DNA from: Octopus sinensis
Lineage: Eukaryota
DNA length: 64,000 bases
Reading direction: 5' to 3'
Assembly: GCF_006345805.1 (NCBI RefSeq)
Contig: NC_043003.1
Span: 108,872,001 to 108,936,000 of the forward strand
The notes beneath the pieces were generated by a model. That model was not told where the DNA came from. It did no database searches and saw only the letters and a program-made list of their open reading frames with translations. Shown here piece after piece: positions 52,520-64,000 of the stretch (the stretch's first letter is position 1; each line of letters opens with the position of its first letter). Position numbers and translations under genes: made by a program.

Positions 52520-52894
52520 GAGTAGGAGTGGCTGTGTGGTAAGTAGCTTGATTACAAACCACATAGTACTGGGTTCAGTCCCACTGCGTGGCACCTTGGG
52601 CAAATGTCTTCTACTATAGCCTCGGACCGACCAAAGCCTTGTGAGTGGATTTGGTAGACGGAAACTGAAAGAAGCTTGTCGTATATATGTATATATATAT
52701 GTGTGTACATGTTTGTGTGTCTGTGTTTGTCCCCCCAACATCGCTTGACAACCGATGCTGGTGTGTTTACTTAGCGGTTCAGCAAAAGAATAAGTACTAG
52801 TCTTACAAAGAATAAGTCCTGGGGTCGATTTGCTCGACTAAAGGCGGTGCTCCAGCATGGCCACAGTCAAATGACTGAAACAAGTAAAAGGGTA
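52520..52894 (+). mobile_element. SINE family A, full-length
   Basis: Collinear with the other copies. Confidence 0.92.
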
Positions 52895-52938
52895 TGAAAT
52901 TTTGCTGTAAGGTATACGAAGTTTGCACTATAGAACTA

Positions 52939-53436
52939 CAGTGATCCCTCATTTATTGCAGTAGACTGGTTCCAAGACCGGCCGCGATAACTGAATTTCC
53001 ACGAAGTAGGGACACCATCATATTTACAGTATTTTTTAACGTGTATTTGTACTTTTAAAATCCTCCCTGTACTGTTAACAACCCACCCATTACAGTAGTC
53101 TATTTAAAACAAGGACAACTGTTAAGCAACAACACTTTAGATTTTAAAAAAATAAAGATTGTTACTGTTACACAGGCCAGATTACAAAATAGAAAGCTGT
53201 GATTCATCGTCTCTCTTCACTGCACCAATCACAACCCATCTTAAGTGCAAATACTCCTGTATATGCTTTTTTGCTATTTTACACTTGTTTTGTTGTTCCT
53301 AGACTTGGAAATAATATCTATTATTAATATTTTAATGGATTTAATGAAAAATTTTAGGCGTTCATATATATATTTTAAAAATCCGCCAAGTCGTGAATCC
53401 ACGATAGTTGAACTGTGAAGTAACGAGGGATCAGTG
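52939..53436. mobile_element. Tigger/pogo-type MITE
   Basis: TA|CAGTGATCCCTC ... GAGGGATCAGTG|TA termini with TA TSD. Confidence 0.85.
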
Positions 53437-54462
53437 TAGAGGCATCTCAGGTGGGTTATTATCAAAAAGTGTTAACTGAAGAGCCAATGATTGAAATCAC
53501 ATCATTGAGGTTGCACAATCTCAAATGCAAAGAGAATTTAAACCATTTGTTATTAGATTTCCATTGAAATAGCCTGCTTTTGCTTCAAATAATTTTTGAA
53601 ACGATGAAGAATTCAGTAAAATAACTATCATTATTAATTAGGTAACTAAGACAGGAAGCTGGCAGAATCATTACCAAACCAAGCAAAATGCTTAGCAGCA
53701 TTTCCTCTGTCATTACATTCTGAGTTCAAATTCTGCTGAGGTCAATTTTGCCTTTCATCTTTGCAGGGTCGACAAAATAAGTACCAGTTGTAATCAACTT
53801 ACCCACCTCCTCCGAAATGGCTGATCTTGCACCAAAATTTTGAAGGAAGGTTTTAATTTGATCTCTATCACAGAACCAGAGGCAGTCTCAGGCTAGTTTG
53901 TATCAAAAGGGTTAATGTGACAACCTTAATCTGCTTAGATGAAAATAAAAACTATGGAAGTCCCTAAGTGCTATTCATATGATGTGAAAGCACTGTTGTA
54001 GTTGATATTTAGCTCCAGGTCAACTTAACTGAACAGACATACCCTGCAGTCATCACTGTCCAATTCTTTTATTCGGGCATAGTAGATTTATGACTACATA
54101 ATCAAATAAGACCTTCATGTTTTTAAGACGGGGGAGGCCTGGCTGCTTTTTCTTACAGGTTGAGGAACTGTGCGAAGGAGTCCTTGTAGTTTTCAGGGTT
54201 GGATATAATCTTTTCCAATGCATATGAGGTGAACAAAAGTAAAATCTCTCCCCTATATGCTTCTCCTAAGAAATGCAATTCCATTTTGAAACCAGCTGCA
54301 CAGCTAATAGTTCAATGTGCACGTGATACTCAGCAACATAAAGCAAGCAATAAAATAAACTTAAATACATGTAATTTTTTACTTTTACTCACTCTCTCCT
54401 TCTCTCAGTTCAATGTTTCAAAAACAAAGAAAAACATTTTCATCAATCTTTGAAGAAGGAGA

Positions 54463-54493
<31 letters not shown>

Positions 54494-55472
54494 GTCTTTC
54501 AATAAATTGTTAATTCTTCAGTCATTCAGACGAAATAATAAGATATGAAAAACATTTGTTTAGGAGAAGTTCAGATCAATAAACATAAATTCAGATGAAA
54601 ATATGAATTTACAGAAATATGTCTAATACAAATTTGAAAAGAGAGGGAAAGAGGACGGCTGCAAATTGTGCATGTGTGTAAATATGCAAGTATATATAAT
54701 ATACACACAAGCATACACACACATATATTAGTAAGTCAGTCAATCTATTCACTGATACTTTTTCTCCAATACAAACTATCAAAAAGTGCCCTGGAAGCTT
54801 TAAGTTCATAGAGATCCTGGAGGATGGGTTAGGGTTCAAGGATATATGAAGTTTGCCACACAGAATATTTATAGGCCACTGAAACATTTGTATGATAAGG
54901 AAAATGTAGTATGCTTACTGATCACTAATTTTCAATCACTATATTTTCCCCCCTCAACTTTATATTTTTGGCCCTTCACATAAGTAGTGGACCCATGACC
55001 AATTTTTAAATTGTAGTTTGTGTTTGTGCTTAAACACTTGAGTTTTGCTTTTATTTAATCAACATTGGTTAAACCACTGACGATATTAAAGAACGCGTGT
55101 GTGTATGTGTGAAGGCACATGGCTAAGTGGTCAGGGTGTTGTACTCACAATCAGAAAATTTTATTAGAGATCGACAGACAAGCATGTAGATTCTCCCCAT
55201 GGTTTGATTCCCAGACCAGTGGTACTTTGTGCTCTTGAGCGAAACACTTTAGTTCACATTGCTCCAGTTCACTCCGCTGGAAATGGATAACCCTGTGATG
55301 GACTAGCACTCCATTCAAGGGTAATGTTGGCCTGCCTGCCTAATCAGTGGAGTGGTATCATTCAAAAGCTACAACAATACAAGGAAACAGTATGACTGTT
55401 TTTTAAAAAAAAATCAATAAAAATATAATCCGGTATAACGATTTTTTCCTTCAAATATTATCCTTCTTTCAG

Positions 55473-55674
55473 ATTAGCAGAGATTTCTGCAGGGCTAAGA
55501 GAGGCTTTCACCAAGTCTAAGTTCAACATTGCTTTCAGTCCAAGCAACATTTCAAATCTCTTTCCTTTATTCACTTTGGAAGGGGAAGGTCCCGAAACTT
55601 TAGATTTTACAGCCTCAAAGCAACGAGAACTCGCTCACAGACTTAGTATCCCTGATTTCATTAGACAAACCTAA
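55473..55674 (+). CDS. Candidate terminal coding exon (66 codons + TAA)
   Basis: Acceptor tccttctttcAG; open frame LAEISAGLREAFTKSKFNIAFSPSNISNLFPLFTLEGEGPETLDFTASKQRELAHRLSIPDFIRQT*; AATAAA at 55815. Confidence 0.3.
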
Positions 55675-56256
55675 AAAAAAGGGTTGACAGTTGATGACAT
55701 ATCACAAGTACAGTGCGTTGGTCTCATTAACAAAACTCTTTAACCCTGAATGCGAAAAGTCCGCCACATTGAAAAGAAAAACCACTTAAAAACAAAATCA
55801 TTTTCTATTTTGTTAATAAATATAAGCGAAAAAAAAATAACACAAGAAAAATGTAGACGAAACGATTATATATAAAACTATGGATGTAAACAACATTACT
55901 TGGCAATAATTGTTGGTTGTGTCTGGTCAAATTTATCTCTGGGTGATATTTTCCTATTTATTATAACTAAAGAAAAAGTAATAATAACAACAACAACCAA
56001 GACTCAAGGTGTAAACAAGTGCAATACAATAGAGAGAGAGGAACTGGCAAAACGCCAGCAACTATTTTCTTCTTGGTACCATTATAGCTCAGTAAGAGCC
56101 AGAAACTGTTGTTTTAACCTACGACCACAATTTCACTACACACAGAGAGAAGACGAGGAGGATAGAGAAACGCATTTGGGGCATAATGTATGGAATTCGT
56201 TAATGTAAGCCGTAGTTTTAATACGTAGTGAGTGTAGCACATTGTATAGCTGCACA

Positions 56257-56323
<67 letters not shown>

Positions 56324-57060
56324 CATACATTCTTTTACTGGTTTCAGTCATTGCACTGTGGCTATGCAGGGGCACTGCCTTAAGTTTTAGTCGAATGGAT
56401 CGACCGCAGTACTTATTTTTTTAAGCCGGGAACTAGTTCCATCGGTTTCTTTGCCGAACCGCTATGTTACAAGAACGTAAACACACCAACACCCGTTGTC
56501 TGTCGGTGAGACACACACAAACACATTAAGCTATTTAGAAAGTTAAGCCCGTAAAGACCTAAAACAACGGTATTACAAAGTCGTCGTCGAAAAACCTCTT
56601 CTCGAACACAACAGCAATATCGAAATATTACCAAAAATAAAACTGAATTACAAAGAAGAGATTTAGTTAACCCAGATTCAGATTCATTTAATAATTAGCC
56701 CGAATGAACTTTGTTATGTCTGTTAATAATACAAGGCAAGAGCTTAAAGAGCTGACTGTGTTTTTAGATCAAAGCTGTGTCAGTGTTACAAAACGATCGT
56801 TCATGAGAAAATGTAAATATTTACATTTGAGACATTTTAGAAGTTGTCCTTTTGAAGATATGAAACAATGAAATTACTGTTGAGAGGAAGAAGTCAAAAC
56901 ATAGGCCACGACACTCGTACAAACGGACAAAGAGAAAATAGTGACAATGAGTTCGGTATAACCCTTTGACCGCGAAAAGCAGTTTTACAACACGGCTTTG
57001 AAAAAACAAAATGTTTTAAACTCTCCTAAGGCTGCGACACACAGACATCTCTAGAGACAC
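55600..57060. promoter_or_regulatory. CpG-enriched unique segment, possible promoter/unmethylated region
   Basis: Hand count of ~18 CpG in 56521-57060 versus ~4 in the equally long unique segment 9961-10500. Confidence 0.4.
56335..56525 (-). mobile_element. SINE family A, 3' half
   Basis: Reverse complement of the family tail. Confidence 0.8.
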
Positions 57061-58061
57061 TCTTTACAAAAACAATTCTGCAGATTTTTACCCCCACCGC
57101 CATATATTTTACGCTTTGGATCTTTTCGGTTTGAACGGCAGTTTTTTAAAAATAATTTCCATGTAAACTAAACACAAATATGACCCTTTAGTTTGACCCT
57201 ACATGCTAACTGACTTTCGGTATTCCTACAGAAAAAGGTGAAAATTAAAACAAAAAAAAAAAAAGAAATGAAAACCAACACTAAAATATTACGGAGAGAG
57301 GGGGGTTACCTCCCACCACCAAGAAAAAAATTTATTTGCAGATTCGTAAAATCTGCAATACTTAATCCATAAAGAGCTGGGATTTGCACTCACATAGCAT
57401 GGACTGCTGAGTAAATTTTATGAAAATGAGACTACCATGCACACACACAAAAAAAAAACAAAAAATAGTTAGAATATCTTGTTAGTATATAATGGTGGCA
57501 AGTTTTACACCATCTGAAAAGTCTCTAGTTGAGACTTTTCAGTCCTCTTGCATTCTGGGGGGGGGGGGTATCGGAGCGTTTGAGTGACAGACAGACCCCA
57601 ACAAAAGCCCATAAATTAAATGCATCTAACTGGGTCACGATCATGGCCCGTTGCGCTTTATGTGTTAAAATATACAGAATAGAATTTACAGCTTTTGAAT
57701 GCCCAGCTTCAGTCTACCCAATTTCAAAGTATAGGTCGACCCGAGGCTTTAAAAACGACTCTTGCCGAAGAGTGGAATCGAACTCGAGACTTGGTGATTA
57801 GAAAGTGAACTTCTTAACTATTCAGCCATACAGAGCCTACACTCCAATTTTTTTTCCCTACTAGACACAAAGCCTGAAATAGTGAGAGAGGGGTCTAGTC
57901 GATTACATCGTCCCCAGGACTCAACTAGTACTTATTCTATCAATCACCGAAAGGATGAAAGGCAAAGTCGACCTTCATGGAATTTGAACTCAGAATGTCT
58001 AGCGGTGCTAACGATTCTGGTAGCTCACCACCTTTTACGCTCTAGATAACTGAAAGTGATA

Positions 58062-58655
58062 CAATATCGTTATTAAAAAGTTAGAAACCATGAAAAATTG
58101 AACTATTCCGGCAGATATAAACCATGACGGCAAACTTGAAAATAAAACATTTTAATATGACCCAGGCTTCCTGAAGATCATCATCACTAGTGATGAGACA
58201 TGTAAACATGCGACATCACCAACGACGCAAAAAGCACAACAGGTTTGCAGCAATGTGAAGGTAAAGTCGATCTGTTACTTTGACTCCGGTGGTATTGTGC
58301 ATTATGAAGACACACCACAAGACCAAACAATCAATAGGAAATACGACCGAGAGGTCATATGTCACCTTCATGATGTTGTTTGTCGAAAGCAGCCGGACTT
58401 GTGGGCAACAAAGAATTGACAACTTCATTACGATTATGCGCCAACATAATCCAAGCTTTCCTGGTCAAGAACATCACATCAATTGTTCGACCGGTTCCCT
58501 ACTCTCCCGACTTGGCACCATGTGACTTCTGGCTCTTCCCCCAAACTGAAAACCATGCAAAAAGGGAAGTGATTTAAGTTGTGAGAAGAAATTATGAGAA
58601 AACGATGGTGGAGCTCCCTATGTCCAAAGGTTGGATACTTTTTGAACGCAGTTCG
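58062..58655 (+). mobile_element. Internally deleted mariner (DD34D-type) transposon remnant
   Basis: IITSDET, LHYDYAP and PYSPDLAPCDFWLFPKLK motifs. Right TIR ACTTTTTGAACGCAGTTCG|TA; degraded left TIR after TA at 58060. Confidence 0.92.
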
Positions 58656-61600
58656 TATTACTTTCAAGAACGTTAAGGAAAATGAGCTACAATGGATACC
58701 ACGATCATTGTCTTTTATATCTTAGACTAGGGAAAACAAACACAATTCTTCCACAGGATTGTATTTGAATAATCTGATGTAAAATACAAATATAATTGTA
58801 TTATGGCATTATATATTTATAATATATGTATATATACATGGCAATATAAATGAATATAAGCAATCATCTTTATTATATATGTGTATATATACATGGCAAT
58901 ATAAATGAATATAAGCAATCATCTTTATTATATATATATATATAATAAACGATTTATGAACCCTTAAATATATAATTAATTTGCTTGTAGAGGATGGATG
59001 AATAACTATATTGATTAATTAAGGTAAATAATATGGGTGAATTAACAAAATTGGCAGGTCGCCCAACTACAATGTTGAAATCCAGTCAAGCTTGATGTGA
59101 CATATCATTCATCCGTGAAGTCGATAAAATAAGCACCTCTAATAATATTTTGTAGTTTATGCAATCTTATAGACAGATATACTGCCTGAACTTAAAATTC
59201 TAAGCAAGAGATAGTGGAAGCTGTTTGCTGATATGTTTGTTATAGCCTCTTTAATTCTAAAACCTTCCGTGCTGGAGGAGCAACTCCACTTGCTTGTCGT
59301 TTAACCTGTAGATCTACTTAGAGACAGACCAGATTCTAGTAAATGATGTAAAGAAAATCAAAGGGTGAAACAGAAAAAGACAGACAAAATGGGTAGACGT
59401 GTATGTTGAAAGAGATCCATGAATGGACCAACTTTCAGTGCTTAATCAGCATGGTTGATGATTTCACTTGTAAGTAAAGATGAAAACAAAAGTTTTTTTA
59501 CGAATATGCTAAGCCTCACAACAACGACGTGGTCTCAAGTTCAATCCCACTATGTGATCCTTGGGCAAGTGTATTTCACTATAGCTCCGCGAGTGGATTT
59601 GGTAGGTGAAAACAGAGGAAGGAAGAGTTGTATGTACGTGTGTATGTATGTATACATATATGTTTGCTTTCATCAATACCGCTTATGTCCCCATAACTTA
59701 GTAGTTTGGCAAAAAGAGAGGATGGTATAAGTATAAGGGTCTATTTGTTCGACTAAAACCCTAGGAGATACCTCATCGGGGTCAAAGTTCACTGAGTGAA
59801 ACAAAAGAATAAGCATTGTCTTTGTAGACAGCTAACAGAAACACAAAACATTTTCTAATGAAAATAAAACCACAATACACCTATTACTAAATATTATTAT
59901 ATACTTTGGACATTTCAATCCTATGAAAACCAAAATTCTTTAAAACATCTATCTAGAAAGAGATATCATTTTAACACATTCTTCCATGCTTGCATAAGGG
60001 TCAAACGGAATTCACTGAAGCAAATTTTGCTACAAATTGATGCCTGTCCTGTCATCCAACTCAAATCCCAGCGTCCAAATAAGGTAATATAGCCCCTTGG
60101 CCAGATATGTTCACGAAATACTAGAAACAAATGACACCATTTGTAATGACATGATGTGAAACCCGTTTGTAGAAATTGTGCTAAATCAAACGAGTAGAAA
60201 AAATATTGACACAAACACATCAGGTCTCTTTTTGTCTAAGAGATCTACTCACCAGGCTTTGGTCAGTTTGGGATTAAAATAGAAGAGATATACCCGAAGG
60301 ACTACGCAGTGGAACTGAACCTGAAACCAAGTGGCTGAGAAGCAAACTTCTTAACCACACAACCATGCCTGCGCCATAACCATTATAAGATCGACTTGGC
60401 TATCCTAGTTCACACAAATAGAAAAGAAAATTTTTGTCTTGACAAAATATGATAAAATTCTAGCACATCGTCTCTTTTCACTGAACATAACTCTTTGAGA
60501 AAAATCATCTTTATAGTTTCTCAAAGAAATGCTTTTAATAAAACTACACAGGTTTCGTTTAAGTGGCATAACATTGTGAGAAAGAGACAAGATACTTTAG
60601 CCAGTACAAATAAATCCGGTTATTCGAGTGTGCAAATGTGTTCAGTTTCAAGTAAGAGATCTTGGCTTAACAACAACAACATCCAATAAAGCAACAATCA
60701 TTTCAAAATAGAACCACTAACAAAAACTATTAAATCGGCAAAATCTTCCTTTCCCTCATTGTATTCATTACTAGCACAGGAAACTTTTAACTTCATACAA
60801 TGGCAAACTAAAACTTCACCAGTCACACTAATTTTGATACTAATCCAACTAAGACCTTCTCCTCTGATTTTATGACATTTTATGTTAATTTGTTCCAAAC
60901 ACTGGCTTAATAACGATAAAATTATTTATTAAATTCTTGATTATTTTGAAAATTAATTAAAACAAAAAAAAAAAGCATATTTCTTTAGAAATGTACTAAA
61001 AGACTTTCTTTGATTTGAACTTTTAGCATGTAAACCGGCCATAACCAACCTAAATATTCTCCTTGTTTTCAGTTCAAACCAATCAGATCTGGTCCCTCAT
61101 ACTTATCCAACACCATTTTTAAAATATACAATCATATCAATGAAATCCCAAAGCTATGAGATAATGTATGATCAATTCACAACTGAGAATATATAAGCTT
61201 TACTTTTGGCAGAGAAACCCGAATTCTAAAGGGTTAAACATGCAAAAATAAGCAACAAAGCTTTAGCTTTCAATATTGCTGATATATGCAATATTAATGA
61301 TTAATTGCAAGAAACTCGTCCCTTAGTCCCCTTCTGGCCCTTACTGAGCAAAAGTATGATCTAGTTCAGACCGTCTCTTCTTGTCGGATATTTTCTGAGA
61401 CTACATTAAACAAAGAGTGGAGTTAATGCTCCATCACTATTTCTATTGCTTTCCAGCTCCACTCCATCACTTCCGCTCTCTCTTCTAAAATGTAAGAAAT
61501 CACGTAACTTCTCTGCAGCAAGAAATCTTTTCTGCTTTGAGCCTATTACCACATATTTTCACTCTTTGTCCCTTTCTAGCTTAAAGCTGCTGTCTCCTCC

Positions 61601-62844
61601 AAGTTCATGGTCTTGCAAGTAACCCCACCAGTGCTGGTGGCATGAAAAAGGCATCCAGTACAGATAGCAATGTAGTAATTAGCATTAGGAAAGGCATCCA
61701 ACCATAAAAAGCTCATACAAAACAGACACTGGTGCATGCAGTCTTTGGACCCATTGAATCTAGTCAATTCGTCCAACCCATACCAGCATGGGACATGAAT
61801 AAAATCGGTATGGGATGCATGTAGAGAAGGGGAATAGTCAAAAGAACAGTTTGGTCTCTACAGGCTGAGTATACGGACAAGCTTTCTATATTCCTTAAGT
61901 CGGTGTTCATTCAATTCCCTTCCAAAATAAAAATAATAGATGACTTGATTCCAACTGAAACAAAAACCAATATCATGAACAAACAAAATTTCTGCTCCAT
62001 TAGAATTCTCTCCCCACCTCCACCCCCTTTTGTTGTTTTACTACAAAATTATTAAACCAAACCAGCATTTTATAAATTGATTTTAACTACTCTCAAAAAG
62101 TCTTCAATTCCAAATTGAATTGCTTTCATTTTTTTTTTAACGTATTCTTTAACTATAAACACTTGTAGAACATTTTTTAAATGTTTCACATGATTTGAAA
62201 ATGCGTAAAGTGTTTATTGGGAAAAGGAAAAAAAAATTTGGAAGCAACATTAAAGTCTTGGTTTAAAAAAAAAATGTAAATTGAAAGCTACAAGGTAACT
62301 TTTTATGAACCCAAATAATTAAAAGGTTTTATTTTATTATTTTTCGAGATTGAGGTGGGGAAGGGGTGACTAAATTATCAATTGCTGAATCTAAAAATAT
62401 TAATATTCACCAATTAGCAATTTGTATTTTAAACACAGGTTATGTTGGTACTGAAACTTAAAGCTGTTCTACTGCAGGTAATGATTGAGTGGGTAAGAAG
62501 TTCACTTCACAACCATGTGATGTCAGGTTCAATCCTACTGCACATCACTTTTGGCAAATGCCTTCTACTACAGCGCTCAGCTGATCAATTCCTCGAGAAT
62601 GACTTTTGAAGAAAGAAACTGTAGATGAGGTTGCATGTGTGTGACCACTGTTTGACAAACAACGATGGTTTGTTTGGGTCTCTCCTAAATGAGAAGTTTG
62701 GTAAAAAGGGACCAAAAGAATAAGTACCAGCTTTGCTAAAAACAAATAAATAAGTAGGGTTGATGTGATTGGCTAAACCTTTCAAAGTAGGGCCCCTTTC
62801 CTAGCATAGATGCATACTAAAACAAGAAAAAAGAAATATATAAT

Positions 62845-63180
62845 ATGTGGCTGTGTTGAAAGCTTGCTTCTCAACCACATGGTTCCAGGTTCAGTCCCAG
62901 TGCATGGCACCTTGGGCTGACCAAAGCCTTGCGAGTGGATCTGGTAGACAGAAACTGAAAGAAGCCCGTCGTATATATATGTATATATTTATGTGTGTGA
63001 GTCTGTATGTGTGTCCCCCACCATCGCTTGACAACCAATGTTGGTATGTTTACATCACCGTAACTTAGCAGTTCGGTAAAAGAGACTGATAGAATAAGTA
63101 CTAGTCTTACAAAGAATTAGTCCTGGGGTCGATTTGTTTGACTAAAGGCTGCAGTCAAATGACTGAAACAAATAAAAGAA
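62845..63180 (+). mobile_element. SINE family A (adjacent older copy at ~62480-62790)
   Basis: Collinear with the family consensus seen elsewhere in the window. Confidence 0.9.
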
Positions 63181-64000
63181 TTTATAAAGAAGAATAAGAA
63201 TTAAAGGAAAAAGAAGCTTACTCCATTAATTTTTCTATATAAGCACTAAAACAGACACTGTAAGGAGATAAATAAGAACAGCTGTGAAAACCTTAAGGAT
63301 TAAATATCAAAAAGGAAAGGAGAACCTCAAAGACCAGTGCAAATCCATTTACCAACATCACAATATTTGACAACTTATTTACAAATAAGGTCTAGAATTC
63401 CCATTTCCTCTAAGCCTGCAAGAGAATAACTAAAGTAAATTAGATAAATAAAGATAGTGATCCTTCACGTGCATTGTATAAGTATATACCAGCCACCTGC
63501 TTCAAATTGAATAAATGCAAACTAACAAATTGTAAATATATCCTTTCATTACCAGATTCTGTTGAGACATTCTGCCTTTGCTTCAATGGATTTCGAAAAT
63601 AATAAAGAATTTAGTAAAATATTCTTTTTGCTATTAAGCTGGTGTTTTTTAGAACATAAATTAACAAAGAATTTTGATTGAAAATTTAAATTTGAATCAC
63701 TCTAAAACAGTAAGTCGTAAAACCAGACATTCTAAGGCAGGTGGGTATGGAAAGGGATAAAAGGGGCAAAGAAGCAGGAGGACTTTGTGCTTCTCTGGGA
63801 TCCAGTGGACCTTTTGAATGTACACAAACCCACATCACTGGGTAGATAGAGCAATACGGTCTACCAGCAATCTAAATAAAAGTTTAATGGGCTTTAGACA
63901 CTGATTACTAGAATGCAAATATTGGGGGGGGGGTTGTTCACTACATTATGTCAGCCTCAGCTAAATGCAAAGATCCTAATGTCAGCAAATTATTTGGAGG

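Noticed and set aside
54157-54290. Open minus-strand frame MELHFLGEAYRGEILLLF...
   Set aside because: The donor falls inside a dispersed MITE-like motif and no homology is recognised.
58830-58940. 55-bp tandem duplication
   Set aside because: Ordinary slippage between (AT)n tracts.

Overview
AT-rich eukaryotic, repeat-dominated DNA. The SINE and retroposon families look like those of Octopus (coleoid cephalopod); this is recognition from memory, not a database hit. I could not identify any intact protein-coding gene, RNA gene or CRISPR array. Almost every entry in the ORF track is a microsatellite or repeat artefact. The window holds (i) long simple-repeat arrays; (ii) at least four tRNA-head SINE families in many copies; (iii) RTE-clade LINE remnants, whose 3' UTR has spawned a young ~26 x 62-bp tandem array; (iv) a 3'-truncated L1/Tx1-like ORF1 with a CCHC knuckle and a 36-bp coding repeat, abutting a (TC)n array and fused into the terminal palindrome of a Helitron-like element; (v) non-autonomous DNA elements (piggyBac-, hAT-, Tigger-, mariner- and Helitron-type, plus an unclassified TIR element carrying TTAGGG repeats); (vi) a Penelope-like terminal fragment with a hammerhead-like motif; (vii) several candidate spliced exons in unique sequence and a CpG-rich, promoter-like segment near 55.6-57.1 kb, so much of the window may be intronic. 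Coordinates were counted by hand and may be off by a few bases.
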